NCBI GenBank assembly: GCA_030324005.1
Contig: JARDVH010000042.1
Span: 62,401,990-62,465,989 of the forward strand
DNA length: 64,000 nt
Source: Negaprion brevirostris
Lineage: Eukaryota
Reading direction: 5' to 3'
The position numbers and the translations under genes are program-made. Below the pieces are notes generated by a model, which had not been told where the DNA came from, made no database searches, and saw only the letters and a list, made by a program, of their open reading frames with translations. The first letter of the stretch is position 1. Each line of letters opens with the position of its first letter. Of this stretch, positions 62,381 through 64,000 are shown piece after piece.

Positions 62381-64000
62381 TTGGTGTCACCCTACTCCTC
62401 AGTTTCACCATGGCGCATTTCCACTAAATGGTGCCCATTTGCAGCCCTTCATGGAAAGTCTTTAAGCTTCATAAAAGCTGCAAGCACCTAAATGGGAACT
62501 TTCTAAAAATGTTTTAAATATTTTTTAAAAAGTCAGAAAATTACTTCCTTACACCAATGAAGCTAGTAACTGGTTCTGTCAGCCATTTTCCGTTATTTAA
62601 AATCAGGGTTTTTTTGCAATAAACTCAGTTTCAACTATATTAATAAAACTTCATCAAGGTTCCCACTCCAAAGTATATCAATTTAAAAACAAAATTATAT
62701 TGTAAATTGCCACCCACCTACATTGGTTCATGGAAGAGCTTACATTCAACAGAATGTAAATTAATTTGAAGGTTAAGTTAAGCAAAAAGGATCACTTTGA
62801 AAACTAGTGCAACATTGAGTTTAAGTTGTATCTGGACTTTATCTATGAATGGTGGCACTGAGGAACCACAATGTCCAACGACTTGTGGTTCCAGTAACGG
62901 TACTTTTGGAGAGGCAGAAAGTATTACTTGGTTTAATGGAAATTTGTTCAGTATCAATAAACTTATGGAGCCAATCCAGAAATAGAGGGCAAGAGTAAAT
63001 TCCAAGAACTGCAGAGCCTATGGAATCAAAGGGAATATGGATTTAAAACTTGGACTACACAGAAATCCCAAGTTGTTTCACCAAGACACCATATAAGGCT
63101 GAGAATCTTTAGTTCTTGATGCAGGGTCCAGAGACCTTCCATTCTCTATGCTGTTTCAAGAATTTGATGGAAAATTCAAATTGAACACTAAGAAATACTC
63201 TGCTTCTGAGAGATTCAGCATGACCTGGAAATGTGAACTGATGATAAAAGCTTATTCTAAGAAATTGCTGCAGTGGATAGTAAGAGAAACCAGAAGATGA
63301 TCTTACCAGCAATGGATAGTCCTCATTGACCCAGAAGTGGTAGGACATGTGCTAATGTAGTTAGGAAGAAACAGGAAAGATCTGATAGCATCCCGATACA
63401 GTGAGACGTATGATATTCGTCAGTCTTACTTTTCCATGAACCTCCGGCCTTTGTTTCAGAGCTTTGTTACATTTAGGATGGGGTTTAAATGGCTGGTTGT
63501 TGTAGCTTTGCAAAAAAATAATTTTGCCCAATTGCCTTGTAAAGAGAGAAGGGGGTCAATTAACACTATAGGATTGTATTGTACTGCCTGTGGACTCGGG
63601 GGAGGCCGCAGTAAATAGAGCTGGGCTTTTGAATTGTACATGTGCTCTATGAGGAAGGTAAGGTGTTGATTGTATAATGCTGACACATATTCAGGCAAGT
63701 CAATCTGTAACCAGCAAACTGAAGGCTTTTCTGGGAATGGTGCTTTTTCTACTATCCAAGCAAAAGGCGACTTTGCTTCAGNNNNNNNNNNNNNNNNNNN
63801 NNNNNNNNNNNNNNNNNNNNNNNNNNNNNNNNNNNNNNNNNNNNNNNNNNNNNNNNNNNNNNNNNNNNNNNNNNNNNNNNNTTCAGTGACTGCTGACAAA
63901 GACCCTGTTAACTAACCATGCTCCTGGAGAAGTCTATTAGTTGCACTCCATTAGTCTTGTTTACAGAAAAGCTCTGGTCTCTAAGCACATGATTGAAGCA

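Noticed and set aside
30080-64000. Search for the next ZNF608 exon (expected [21 protein letters not shown]-like peptide)
   Set aside because: Not found by eye; it probably lies beyond the window or in a gap. TBLASTN with a vertebrate ZNF608 protein would settle it.

Overview
Eukaryotic, non-mammalian vertebrate DNA from a gapped assembly. The repeat content (HE1/V-SINE-like SINEs, CR1, L2 and Rex1/Babar LINEs, Penelope-like palindromes) points to a cartilaginous fish, probably a shark. The window holds the 5' part of ZNF608 on the + strand: a candidate promoter and non-coding first-exon region (~3100-5760), the first coding exon (5761-6887, ATG at 5949), a ~23 kb intron, and the next coding exon (visible 29849-30079, 5' end lost in an N gap). 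After that come >33 kb of intron in which I could not find the following exon. All other ORFs in the track are antisense shadows, transposon fragments or N-gap artefacts. I found no convincing novel multi-gene system. The most interesting signals are RNA-level: Penelope-derived palindromes carrying head-to-head hammerhead-ribozyme cores, a circ-ZNF609-like coding geometry plus an overlapping uORF in the first coding exon, SINE tail swapping and a SINE-LINE chimera, MITEs with ATT target-site duplications, and candidate conserved enhancers. Repeat family names come from recognition by eye and need database confirmation.
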